A stretch of DNA of 64,000 bases from Terriglobia bacterium. GTDB taxonomy: Bacteria > Acidobacteriota > Terriglobia > Bryobacterales > Bryobacteraceae. Numbering within the stretch: the stretch's first letter is position 1; each line of letters begins with the position of its first letter. Location: NCBI GenBank assembly GCA_963825305.1, contig CAWGTA010000016.1:102335-166334 (forward strand), written 5' to 3'. The position numbers were made by a program, and so were the translations under genes. This document shows positions 47,864-56,055 of the stretch, one piece after another. The notes below the pieces were generated by a model. It saw only the letters and a program-made list of their open reading frames with translations. It did not search any database and was not told where the DNA came from.

Positions 47864-48816
47864 CGCGGCTCGGTTTCGCGGAGCTCGCGCGCTTTCTCTT
47901 CGGCGACCGTATCGTTGAGAAACACTCCGGCCCCGGTTTCGACGCCTGCCAGATATTTTAGTTTCGTGGCGCTGCGCTGGATCGGATAGAAATCGATGTG
48001 GAAGTGGCAGTATGGGTGCTCACCCTTCGCCGGCGGGTGGCGCAGGATCATCATCAGGGGCAGCGGGAATCCGAACAGGTTGTCATACTTCATACGAACC
48101 AGCTTGATCAGTGCGGCCAGATCGGCGGCTTCGTTCTCGCGCAAATCCGGCAAGCCTCCCACGTGGCGGCGTGCGCAAATCTGCACTTCCGCCGGGAAGC
48201 GAGCCGCGTAAGGCACGAAGGCAACGAAGCCGGCATTCTCTTTGACGATGCGGCGTTGGCCGGCAAGTTCTTCCTGGAGCAGACGGCAATAGAGGCACTC
48301 GCGTTTGCTCGCGTGGTAGTCAGAAGCCGCGCTCAGCTCACGCTCGATCGACGGAGGAACAAATGGGAACGCATAAATCTGCCCGTGCGGGTGGGGCATA
48401 GTCACGCCGATCGCCTCGCCGGCATTTTCGAAGATGTAGATGTATTGAATGTCCGGAAGCGCCGCCAGCTCCTGATAGCGCACCGTCCACAGAGCGATCA
48501 CTTTGCCCCAGTGTGCGGCAGAAAGTTGGGCGGGCGTGAGGTTGTGGGCGGAATGATACAGCACGACGTCGGTAGCGCCCCGCGCGCCCGTATCGGCGAA
48601 TAGACCGGGCTCCGCTAAGAACGGCGGATTGTCCAAACGGAAGGCGGCGAAATCGTTGGGATACAAATGGACGTCATAATCGTCCGGCACGCGCCCGGAG
48701 CCAGGGCAGAACGGGCAGCCGGCAGCGGGCATCTGCGGCCTGTCCTGCCGGTGGGCGGCAACTACTACCCATTCCTGTAATAAAGCGTTCCAACGCAGTT
48801 CGCTCATCCCCTCCAT
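47860..48816 (-). CDS. galT: galactose-1-phosphate uridylyltransferase (HIT superfamily GalT-like)
   Basis: 318 aa with the zinc motif CPFCPG and the active site HPHGQIY. The start could be 48807 (MSELRWN). Confidence 0.82.
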   Translation of the reverse strand: MEGMSELRWNALLQEWVVVAAHRQDRPQMPAAGCPFCPGSGRVPDDYDVHLYPNDFAAFRLDNPPFLAEPGLFADTGARGATDVVLYHSAHNLTPAQLSAAHWGKVIALWTVRYQELAALPDIQYIYIFENAGEAIGVTMPHPHGQIYAFPFVPPSIERELSAASDYHASKRECLYCRLLQEELAGQRRIVKENAGFVAFVPYAARFPAEVQICARRHVGGLPDLRENEAADLAALIKLVRMKYDNLFGFPLPLMMILRHPPAKGEHPYCHFHIDFYPIQRSATKLKYLAGVETGAGVFLNDTVAEEKARELRETEPR

Positions 48817-48830
48817 TCTAGGGACTGGGC

Positions 48831-50012
48831 TTGACGAATTCGATAAACTTTAAAGGCATGGACACACCCCTCCCCCGACAACTGGCCGAGGCGCGCTGTC
48901 AAACGGACGGTCTGTTTCCAATCGTACATAGCGATTCGCTGTACGAAAGGCCCATTCCGGAACGGCATCGCATAATCTTTTACCTGGGACACCTGGAGGC
49001 TTTCGACTGGAATCTGCTGGCGCAGTACGCGCTGGATCTCCCGTCAATCCATCCCACGTTCGATCGGCTCTTTGCGTTCGGCATCGACCCTAGTGAGGGT
49101 GACCTGCCCGACGATAAGCCGTCCGATTGGCCAGGGGTGGAAGAGGTGATGCGCTATATCCAGCGCACCCGCGAGGTCATCGATGAGGCACTGCCCAACG
49201 TTCCGGACGAAATGATACAGGCCGCAATTGAGCACCGCCTGATGCATGCTGAGACGCTGGCTTATATCCTTCATCAGTTGCCGGATGAACGCAAGACGCC
49301 TCAGGCTGACTGGGCAGCGCATGGCACCGCCCCGCCAGCCCGCCACCGGATGATCGGGATACCAGCGGGTGTTGCGGAATTGGGCCGCCGGCCAGGAGAG
49401 GGGTTTGGCTGGGACAACGAGTACGAAGCCTGCGCGGTGGAGGTCCCGGCATTTTCCATCGGGAAGTACAAAGTCACCAATGGCGAATATCTGGAGTTCG
49501 TGCGCGCGGGCGGCCCGGTTCCGTTCTTTTGGAGACAAGCGGGCGACGACTGGCTCTACCGCGGGATGTTCGCGGAGGTCCCGCTGCCACTCGATTCGCC
49601 GGTGTATGTGACCAAATGCCAGGCCGAGGCTTATGCCTCATGGCGCGGGTTGGCGCTCCCCACCGAACCACAGTTCCATCGGGCCGCCGAGGGCCGCGCC
49701 CCTTCGCGCAATCTCGACTTCCGCTACTGGGATCCAATCCCGGTAACCGCCGACGACACGCCGGACGAGGCGCCCGCGCAGTTGACCGGCAACGGTTGGG
49801 AATGGACCAGCACGGTCTTCGGTCCGTTCCCCGGCTTCGCGCCGCTGCCGTACTATACGAACTATTCCGCACCGTTCTTCGACGGGCAGCACTACGTTCT
49901 CAAAGGCGCCTCACCGCGGACGGCCCGGCGTTTTGCGCGGCCCTCTTTTCGGAATTGGTTCCGGCCGTCGTATCCTTACATCTACGCCACATTTCGGGTG
50001 GTCGAACCATGA
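48831..50012 (+). CDS. egtB: ergothioneine biosynthesis sulfoxide synthase EgtB-like (DinB_2 plus FGE-sulfatase domains)
   Basis: 393 aa (TTG 48831; alternative ATG 48858). It has IFYLGHLEAFDWN in the N-domain and the C-terminal GNGWEWTSTVF...YVLKGASPRT...RNWFRPSYPYIYATFR. Its stop overlaps the egtD start (ATGA). Confidence 0.82.
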   Translation: MTNSINFKGMDTPLPRQLAEARCQTDGLFPIVHSDSLYERPIPERHRIIFYLGHLEAFDWNLLAQYALDLPSIHPTFDRLFAFGIDPSEGDLPDDKPSDWPGVEEVMRYIQRTREVIDEALPNVPDEMIQAAIEHRLMHAETLAYILHQLPDERKTPQADWAAHGTAPPARHRMIGIPAGVAELGRRPGEGFGWDNEYEACAVEVPAFSIGKYKVTNGEYLEFVRAGGPVPFFWRQAGDDWLYRGMFAEVPLPLDSPVYVTKCQAEAYASWRGLALPTEPQFHRAAEGRAPSRNLDFRYWDPIPVTADDTPDEAPAQLTGNGWEWTSTVFGPFPGFAPLPYYTNYSAPFFDGQHYVLKGASPRTARRFARPSFRNWFRPSYPYIYATFRVVEP

Positions 50013-50962
50013 TGTACGCACGAGCACTCTCCAATGAATTCGCGCGCGATGTGCGGGCGGGCCTTTCGGGCTCCGGCCAGAAGACCCTGCCATGCCGCTA
50101 CCTGTACGATGACGTCGGCTCGGCCCTCTTTGACGCCATCACCTGTCTACCGGAATACGGGCTGACCCGTGCCGACGCCGGCCTGCTGGAAAAGCATGCC
50201 CCCGAGCTGATTGCGCGCCTCCCCGGCAATGTCGTGGTGGCCGAACTCGGCAGCGGAAGCGGCAGCAAAACACGCCCCATTCTGGAGCAGTTACGGCGTC
50301 GGCAACCGGTGGTTTACTATCCCATCGATGTCTCCTGCGCCGCGCTGGATCGCTGTGCCAAAGAGTTAGGCCCCCTGGGCACCGTATTTCCGCTAGAGGG
50401 AAACTATACGGACGGCTTGCGGGAGGTGGTCTCGAAGCGGGACGAGGGCCAGAGTGTCCTGGTGCTCTTTTTGGGCAGCACCATTGGTAATTTCGAGCCG
50501 GACGCCGCCGTCGAATTTCTCTTTGCCGTTCGTCAATGCCTGGCGCCGGGCGACCGCCTGTTGCTGGGGACGGACCTGGTCAAGCCGATCGCCCAACTGC
50601 TGCTCGCTTATGACGACCCAACGGGCGTTACGGCGGCTTTCAATCTCAACCTGCTGGGCCGCATCAATCGCGAACTGGATGCCGATTTCGACCAGCGCCA
50701 GTTCCAGCATGTGGCGCGCTACATCGAGGAAGCGCAGCGCATCGAGATGCATTTGCGCTCCCGCACGCAGCAAACCGTCAGCATCCGTGGGGCGGATTTC
50801 TGCGTGGATTTTGTGGCCAACGAAACCATCTGCACGGAGGCCAGCCACAAGTTCCGGCCGGAGCAACTCCCCGAGCTGGCCCGGATGGCCGGTTTCCGAT
50901 TGGAGCGCCAGTGGATCGACTGCGCCTGGCCATTTGCCGAGAATTTGCTGGTAGCGGTTTAG
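50009..50962 (+). CDS. egtD: L-histidine N(alpha)-methyltransferase
   Basis: ATG 50009 inside ORF 49529-50962. The sequence reads MMYARALSNEFARDVRAGLSGSGQKTLPCRYLYDDVGSALFDAI..VAELGSGSGSKT. Confidence 0.88.
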   Translation: MMYARALSNEFARDVRAGLSGSGQKTLPCRYLYDDVGSALFDAITCLPEYGLTRADAGLLEKHAPELIARLPGNVVVAELGSGSGSKTRPILEQLRRRQPVVYYPIDVSCAALDRCAKELGPLGTVFPLEGNYTDGLREVVSKRDEGQSVLVLFLGSTIGNFEPDAAVEFLFAVRQCLAPGDRLLLGTDLVKPIAQLLLAYDDPTGVTAAFNLNLLGRINRELDADFDQRQFQHVARYIEEAQRIEMHLRSRTQQTVSIRGADFCVDFVANETICTEASHKFRPEQLPELARMAGFRLERQWIDCAWPFAENLLVAV

Positions 50963-50963
50963 T

Positions 50964-50985
50964 ACACAGGCCTCCTGGCCTGTGT
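50964..50985. terminator. CACAGGCC-type hairpin after egtD (9-bp stem, TCCT loop)
   Basis: acacaggcc tcct ggcctgtgt followed by ctggatttgtttgtg. It lies between the convergent egtD (+) and 51032-51334 (-). It is a member of a repeat family also seen at 55928-56016. Confidence 0.5.
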
Positions 50986-51031
50986 CTGGATTTGTTTGTG
51001 GTGCTGGCTGTCAAACCCCCGCTCGGTGACG

Positions 51032-51334
51032 TTAGTCGAGGTCGATGTCTCGCTTGCGCGGCGGCTCGTTAGGGTTCTCCTTCACGCGTTTGAAGAGTTC
51101 GTCGAATTTCTTCTCGAGCACTTTCCCGTGGCTCTTCTCGGCCTCGAAGCTTTTTTGAAATACCGCTTCGCGCCGTGCCCCTTCGCCTTTGAGCTTGGCT
51201 ACTTCGGCGGCGAGGTCCTCGATCGCGGGTGGCTTCACAGGGACGGTATGGGCAATCACCGCACAGGTCTCCGGATCGACCTTGAGGACTGCCTGGCAGC
51301 ACGGGCATTCGACGTCAAACATACCTTTGGCCAT
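51032..51334 (-). CDS. hypothetical zinc-ribbon protein (100 aa)
   Basis: N-terminal CPCC...C cluster (MAKGMFDVECPCCQAVLKVDPETC), then a charged helical tail. An SD-like AGGATAGG lies upstream. Confidence 0.6.
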   Translation of the reverse strand: MAKGMFDVECPCCQAVLKVDPETCAVIAHTVPVKPPAIEDLAAEVAKLKGEGARREAVFQKSFEAEKSHGKVLEKKFDELFKRVKENPNEPPRKRDIDLD

Positions 51335-51378
51335 AGACCTATCCTAATCGAGATCTGCCCGCGGTTGCGCTAAGCAAC

Positions 51379-51495
51379 CACAGGCCCGGAAAGAGATGGT
51401 TGTGAGGATGTTCGTGGATTGCTAGTGGGTGTCGGTGCGAGGTGAAGTGGCGGGCGTGACACAGCGTAGGTCAGCCATCTCTCCATGGGCCTGTG
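51379..51495. repeat. 117-nt inverted-repeat element with CACAGGCC termini
   Basis: The left arm cacaggcccggaaagagatgg (51379-51399) and right arm ccatctctccatgggcctgtg (51475-51495) pair over 9+8 bp around a 4x4 internal loop. The loop is 75 nt. Confidence 0.5.
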
Positions 51496-51623
51496 AAATA
51501 TCAGTCACGCCCTTGTTCCAAGCAATTCCCACACCAAACCAGAAACCGTTTTGAATCAAAGAATCGCCAGGACACTCGATGCAAGAATTGAAACTGCACC
51601 GGCAAAATCCATTTCCAAACCGG

Positions 51624-53573
51624 CTACCGCTGCGACGTCGGAGTCGAAGTCGGAACCACCGGGGCCGGGGGGACCGCGGGGATGGGACTAGGCGGCCGGG
51701 ACACCACGCCCTTGAATGCCTCGTCGATCGAGATGTCATTGCTGTTGAGGGTCTGGCCGGTAGCGCGATCCATCTCAACCTTGGCCTTGGCGTAGGCAGT
51801 CTCCGCCGCCACCTCGTTGGATTGGGCCGTAGTCAGGTCGCGTTGCGTCAGGATCACGTTGTACGTGGTGGATGCACCCACCGCCAGCTTCTTTTCCTCG
51901 GCATCCACGGTCTGTTGTTGCAGACTTAACTGCTTCACCGCCGACTGATACTGAGCCTGAGCCTGCTGCACGCCGATCAAAGCGTTCTGTACTTCCACGC
52001 GCACCTGGTTCTCCAGACGCTGCATGCCAAGCTGCTGCACGCGCAGGTTGAGTTCGCTGCTGATCATGTCGGCCTGGGCGGAGCGATTGCGCAGCGGAAT
52101 GGTCAGATTGAAACCCGCGGAGTAATTCGGAAAGTTGCGCGCGAAAACCTGGCTTAAGACACTCCCATAGCCGCCCACAAAAAAGCCATTCGGCGGAATG
52201 CAGGCTGCCGCGGTGGGAGTGGCCGCGCAACTTGCCGGCAGGGACACAGGTGAACCTGCCAATCCGTAGTTGGCGAAAGCCGCCACGGCATCCAGCGTCG
52301 GTAATAGCCCGTTTTTCGCGCCCTTGATACCGATCTCCTGGTTCTGAATGAGAATACGGAATTGCGACAACTCCGGCCGAGCCGACAACGCCATGGACAC
52401 CGAGTCCTGGATGGGCGTAACCGCCTCGATAGCGGGTACCTGAATCCGATCGGTGGGAATCACGTGGGCATTGAAGATGTCGGGGCTCTGCACGCCGCTC
52501 CGGCTCAACGCGTTCTTCAGAATCGTTTCCTGCTGCAACAACTGGGTCTGGGCGATGGTGAGGGCCTGTTGACTGGCGGCGATTTCGGCCTCCGCCCGCG
52601 TCACTTCGATGGGCGCCAGGGTTCCCACTTCCACTTGCTTCTGATTGTCGCTGTAGAGCTTTTGGTTGGCCGCCAAGGCATCCTGTTGGACTTTCACGTT
52701 CTCCTGATAACTGACCAGATCCCAGTACAAATCCTTAACGGCGGAGACGGTCGCGATCACCTGCGCCTTAAACGTCAGATCCGTTACCTCACGGTTGTTC
52801 TTGGCAATCCGGATCTGGCGATTGTTCACGGCAGGGCCGAAACCTTGCAGCAGGTGCTGCGTAAAGTTCAACGCCAGATTAGAATTGGTGGCCGGATTGA
52901 ACTGAGCGCGGGCGTTGTTGTTGTGGGTGGAGGTGTTGTTCAAGCCCAGGCCCACCTCGGTGCCCGTGGTGAAATACTTCTGGATAGAGACGTTCGACGT
53001 ATCTAAACGCTGGATGAGCGCGGCAGTTCCCGTAACGAAATTACTGGTCTGCGGGGTCGTCTGGTGCGCCCAATCAGCGGTGCCGATTATGGCTGGATCC
53101 AGACTGGGAATGGCCGGCCCGGTCGAAGTGAGGGGACCCACGATGAAGCCTTGCAGTCCCGCCGACGGAGCTCCGCCGGTCACGCTCCCGGGACCGGATG
53201 TAACACCCGTGGAGGCAGCTCCGGCGAACCCCCCCGCTTCGGCGCGCAACAAATTCGTGTCCGCAATCTGCGATCCGTACCGCTGTACTTCGATGTCCAG
53301 GTTGTTCTCCAGCGCCAGGGCGATGGCGTCCTGCAGAGAAAGATAAATATTGCCGGCGCGCATCAGTGCGCTTAAGCGGGGGGAGTCGCGCAGGTTGACG
53401 GGCGCCACGGACCTTACCTGGTAGGGAGCCGTTACGCGATCAAGAAAACCGTGCGATTCGGGAGCGGCCGCCGGACTGTTAGTCGCAGCCGGCGAGTCGG
53501 CAGCGGACAAGCCGCCAGGGCTGATCAAAAGCGCCGCGCAGAGTACGGCAATACTGGATTTGACTGGGTGCAT
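51624..53573 (-). CDS. TolC-family outer membrane efflux protein
   Basis: 649 aa with a signal peptide, two OEP repeats (LSLQDAIALALENNLDIEV..; ..AQAQYQSAVKQL..), and a Pro-rich C-terminal tail. Confidence 0.85.
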   Translation of the reverse strand: MHPVKSSIAVLCAALLISPGGLSAADSPAATNSPAAAPESHGFLDRVTAPYQVRSVAPVNLRDSPRLSALMRAGNIYLSLQDAIALALENNLDIEVQRYGSQIADTNLLRAEAGGFAGAASTGVTSGPGSVTGGAPSAGLQGFIVGPLTSTGPAIPSLDPAIIGTADWAHQTTPQTSNFVTGTAALIQRLDTSNVSIQKYFTTGTEVGLGLNNTSTHNNNARAQFNPATNSNLALNFTQHLLQGFGPAVNNRQIRIAKNNREVTDLTFKAQVIATVSAVKDLYWDLVSYQENVKVQQDALAANQKLYSDNQKQVEVGTLAPIEVTRAEAEIAASQQALTIAQTQLLQQETILKNALSRSGVQSPDIFNAHVIPTDRIQVPAIEAVTPIQDSVSMALSARPELSQFRILIQNQEIGIKGAKNGLLPTLDAVAAFANYGLAGSPVSLPASCAATPTAAACIPPNGFFVGGYGSVLSQVFARNFPNYSAGFNLTIPLRNRSAQADMISSELNLRVQQLGMQRLENQVRVEVQNALIGVQQAQAQYQSAVKQLSLQQQTVDAEEKKLAVGASTTYNVILTQRDLTTAQSNEVAAETAYAKAKVEMDRATGQTLNSNDISIDEAFKGVVSRPPSPIPAVPPAPVVPTSTPTSQR

Positions 53574-53631
53574 TATATGGTCCTCTGGGTGTAAGCGGAA
53601 TAGTGCAACTCAAATGGTATAGTAGGCCTTT

Positions 53632-54225
53632 GTGACGCCGCAAGCCGAGTCCATCCTGGAGTTGTTCCGTTCTCGAGGAGCTTACCTTGAGGGGCATTTT
53701 CGGCTCACCAGCGGTCTCCACAGTTCGCAATATCTGCAGTCCGCATTGGTTCTGCAGTATCCGGATGTTGCCGAAAAATTGGGCCAAAGACTTGCGGCTG
53801 AACTGCAGCGGGAGACTGGCGCCAGTATTCAACTGGTAGTCTCCCCGGCATTGGGCGGTCTCATTATCGGACACGAGGTAGCTCGTGCCCTGGGAACGCG
53901 CTTCCTGTTTATGGAACGGGACCCGTCGACGCAGAAGATGGCGCTTCGGAGGGGGTTTAGTATCACTCCGGGCGAGGTAGCGGTGGTGGTGGAAGACGTC
54001 ATCACGACTGGCGGGACCACATACGACGTAGTGGACATGCTGCGCGGCGCTGGCGCCAAAGTACTGGCTGCGGGATCGATCATTGACCGCAGCGGCGGCC
54101 AAGCCGACGCGGGCGTGCCTCGCGTAGCGCTGGCGACGCTCTCCACGGCCACGCACCACGCCGAGCACTGCCCTCTGTGCGCGCAGGGCATCCCGGTGGT
54201 GAAACCCGGATCGCGCCCGAGTTGA
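53632..54225 (+). CDS. pyrE: orotate phosphoribosyltransferase
   Basis: 197 aa, GTG start. It has the PRPP motif VAVVVEDVITTGGT and the C-terminal CPLC..G.P..KPGSR typical of this PyrE subtype. Confidence 0.9.
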   Translation: MTPQAESILELFRSRGAYLEGHFRLTSGLHSSQYLQSALVLQYPDVAEKLGQRLAAELQRETGASIQLVVSPALGGLIIGHEVARALGTRFLFMERDPSTQKMALRRGFSITPGEVAVVVEDVITTGGTTYDVVDMLRGAGAKVLAAGSIIDRSGGQADAGVPRVALATLSTATHHAEHCPLCAQGIPVVKPGSRPS

Positions 54226-54946
54226 TGCGCCGTATCCGGATCACAATCTCCTACAACGGCACCGAGTTTCACGGATGGCAGGTGCAACCGGGGCTTCCTA
54301 CCATCCAGGGGAGTCTCGAACAGATCGTGTCGGAGATGGAAGGCAAGCCGGTGCATGTAGCCGGCTCGGGCCGCACCGATGCGGGAGTCCACGCCCTCGC
54401 ACAGGTGGCCGCATTTAGCATCGACAATCCGATTCCTCTCGTCAACCTGCAGCGGGCGGTGAACCGGCTTCTGCCGCCGTCGGTCCGCATTCTTGCGGTC
54501 GAAGAGGTATCGGCAAACTTCCATCCGCGATTCGACGCCAAAGCAAAGACTTACGAATACCGCATCGTCCGCGGGGAAGTCTGTAGCCCTTTCGAGTGGC
54601 CGTACGTCCACCATTACCCTTATCCCCTGGCGGAAGAGCGCATGGCGCAGATGGCGCGGGCGTTCGAAGGTGAGCACGATTTCAGCGCGTTCGCGGCTTC
54701 GGATGACCGGGATGCGGAGGGTGCTTCGAAGGTTCGGACGATCTTTTCCTCGGTGCTGGAGGCGCCGGCGGGCCGCCTGATTTACCGCGTGCGCGGCAGC
54801 GGCTTTCTCAAGCACATGGTGCGCAACATCGTGGGCACTCTGATCGAAGCCGGCAAGGGCAATATCGAGAGTGTGGCGCTGTGCCTGAGCGATCCGGCTC
54901 TACCGCACCCGCCAAGGGCCTGTTCCTGGTAAGTGTAGAGTATTAA
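54225..54946 (+). pseudogene. truA: tRNA pseudouridine(38-40) synthase, cryptic C-terminal frameshift
   Basis: ATG 54225 (TGATG overlap with pyrE) gives MRRIRITISYNGTEFHGWQVQ...GRTDAGVHA. The called ORF ends ..CLSDPALPHPPRACSW at 54932, but a different frame from about 54870 reads ..PERSGSTAPAKGLFLVSVEY*. That is the canonical TruA C-terminus, and its stop (54944-54946) overlaps the next gene's ATG (TAATG). Confidence 0.85.
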
Positions 54947-55927
54947 TGTATTCGTCAAGCCAGGCACGCGTAGGCGGCATCGAGGTGGTCCAACTCGCCG
55001 ATGCTTCGCGCGATATGCGCGTGTCGATCGCGCCCTCAATCGGCAATATCGCGTATGAGTTTTCGGTTCACGAGAAGAATTATCTGTGGTTTCCATTCGC
55101 CGGTCCGGCCGAGTTGAAGGCCGCTCCCAAGCTGTGCGGCATCCCTTTTCTCGCGCCCTGGGCGAATCGCATCGATGGCATGGCGTACTGGGTCAACGAT
55201 CGGAAATACCTGCTGAACGCGGGGCTTGGCAATTTGCGTTTAGACCCGAATCAGAAACCCATCCACGGCTTGCTGCTGTTTTCACCGGAGTGGAAGGTGG
55301 TTTCGGCCGGGGCCGATGGAGAGTCCGCGCATGCCACCAGCCGGCTGGAGTTCTGGAAGCATCCGCTGTTGATGGCGCAGTTTCCCTTCGCCCACCAGAT
55401 CGATATGACCTACCGGCTGGCGGGCGGCGCGCTTCAGATCGAAGTGGCGATCGGAAATCTTTGCGACCAAGCCGTTGCCGGTAGGGACCGGCCATCACCC
55501 CTACTTCCAACTGCACGATGTCCACCGCGACGAATGGACGGTCCACATCGCCGCGCGCGATCACTTGCTGTTGGACAAATTCCTGATTCCCACAGGCGCG
55601 GGGCGACCGATGGAATTCGCAGACCCGCACCCACTGCGGCTCGGGCCGCTCGACGACGTCTTCGGCAATCTGATTCGCGATCCCGATGGAATGGCGCGAT
55701 TCCGGGTGATGGGTGCGCAGGAAAGGATCACGGTCACCTACGGACCGAACTATCGGGTGGCGGTGATCTATGCCCCCGAAGGGCGTGACTTCATCTGCTT
55801 CGAGCCCATGGCCGCCATCACCAACGCCTTCAACCTGGCGCACAGCGGCGCGTACACGGAATTGCAAAGCGTCCCGCCGGGGGGCGTGTGGCGGGAGAGC
55901 TTCTGGGTGAAGCCGGAGTCTGCGTAG
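54946..55927 (+). pseudogene. aldose 1-epimerase family protein, frame broken by an apparent 1-nt insertion
   Basis: ORF 54946-55788 is good up to ..IEVAIGNLCD and then degenerates. ORF 55475-55927 continues with PVGTGHHPYFQL...ICFEPM... The break is near 55465-55472. Confidence 0.82.
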
Positions 55928-56016
55928 CACAGGCATCCTTGCCTGGCATCCTTGCCTGTGTCTGGTTTTGCTTTCTCAGCCGACGAAAAAACCTGACACA
56001 GGCCGGGAGGCCTGTG
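55928..56016. repeat. pair of inverted CACAGGC-type hairpins (one with an internal 13-nt duplication)
   Basis: The first unit is cacaggcatccttgcctg + gcatccttgcctgtgtctgg (55928-55965). A 26-nt spacer follows, then cctgacacaggcc ggga ggcctgtg (55992-56016), which is the reverse orientation of the 50964 unit. Confidence 0.75.
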
Positions 56017-56055
56017 CTGCGTTTCGCTTTCTCTTCGCCATGATATACTCAGCGG

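Noticed and set aside
51566-51622. 18-codon hydrophobic ORF (MDFAGAVSILASSVLAIL) just downstream of tolC on the minus strand
   Set aside because: It is too short, has no convincing ribosome-binding site, and I can check no conservation. It could be chance.
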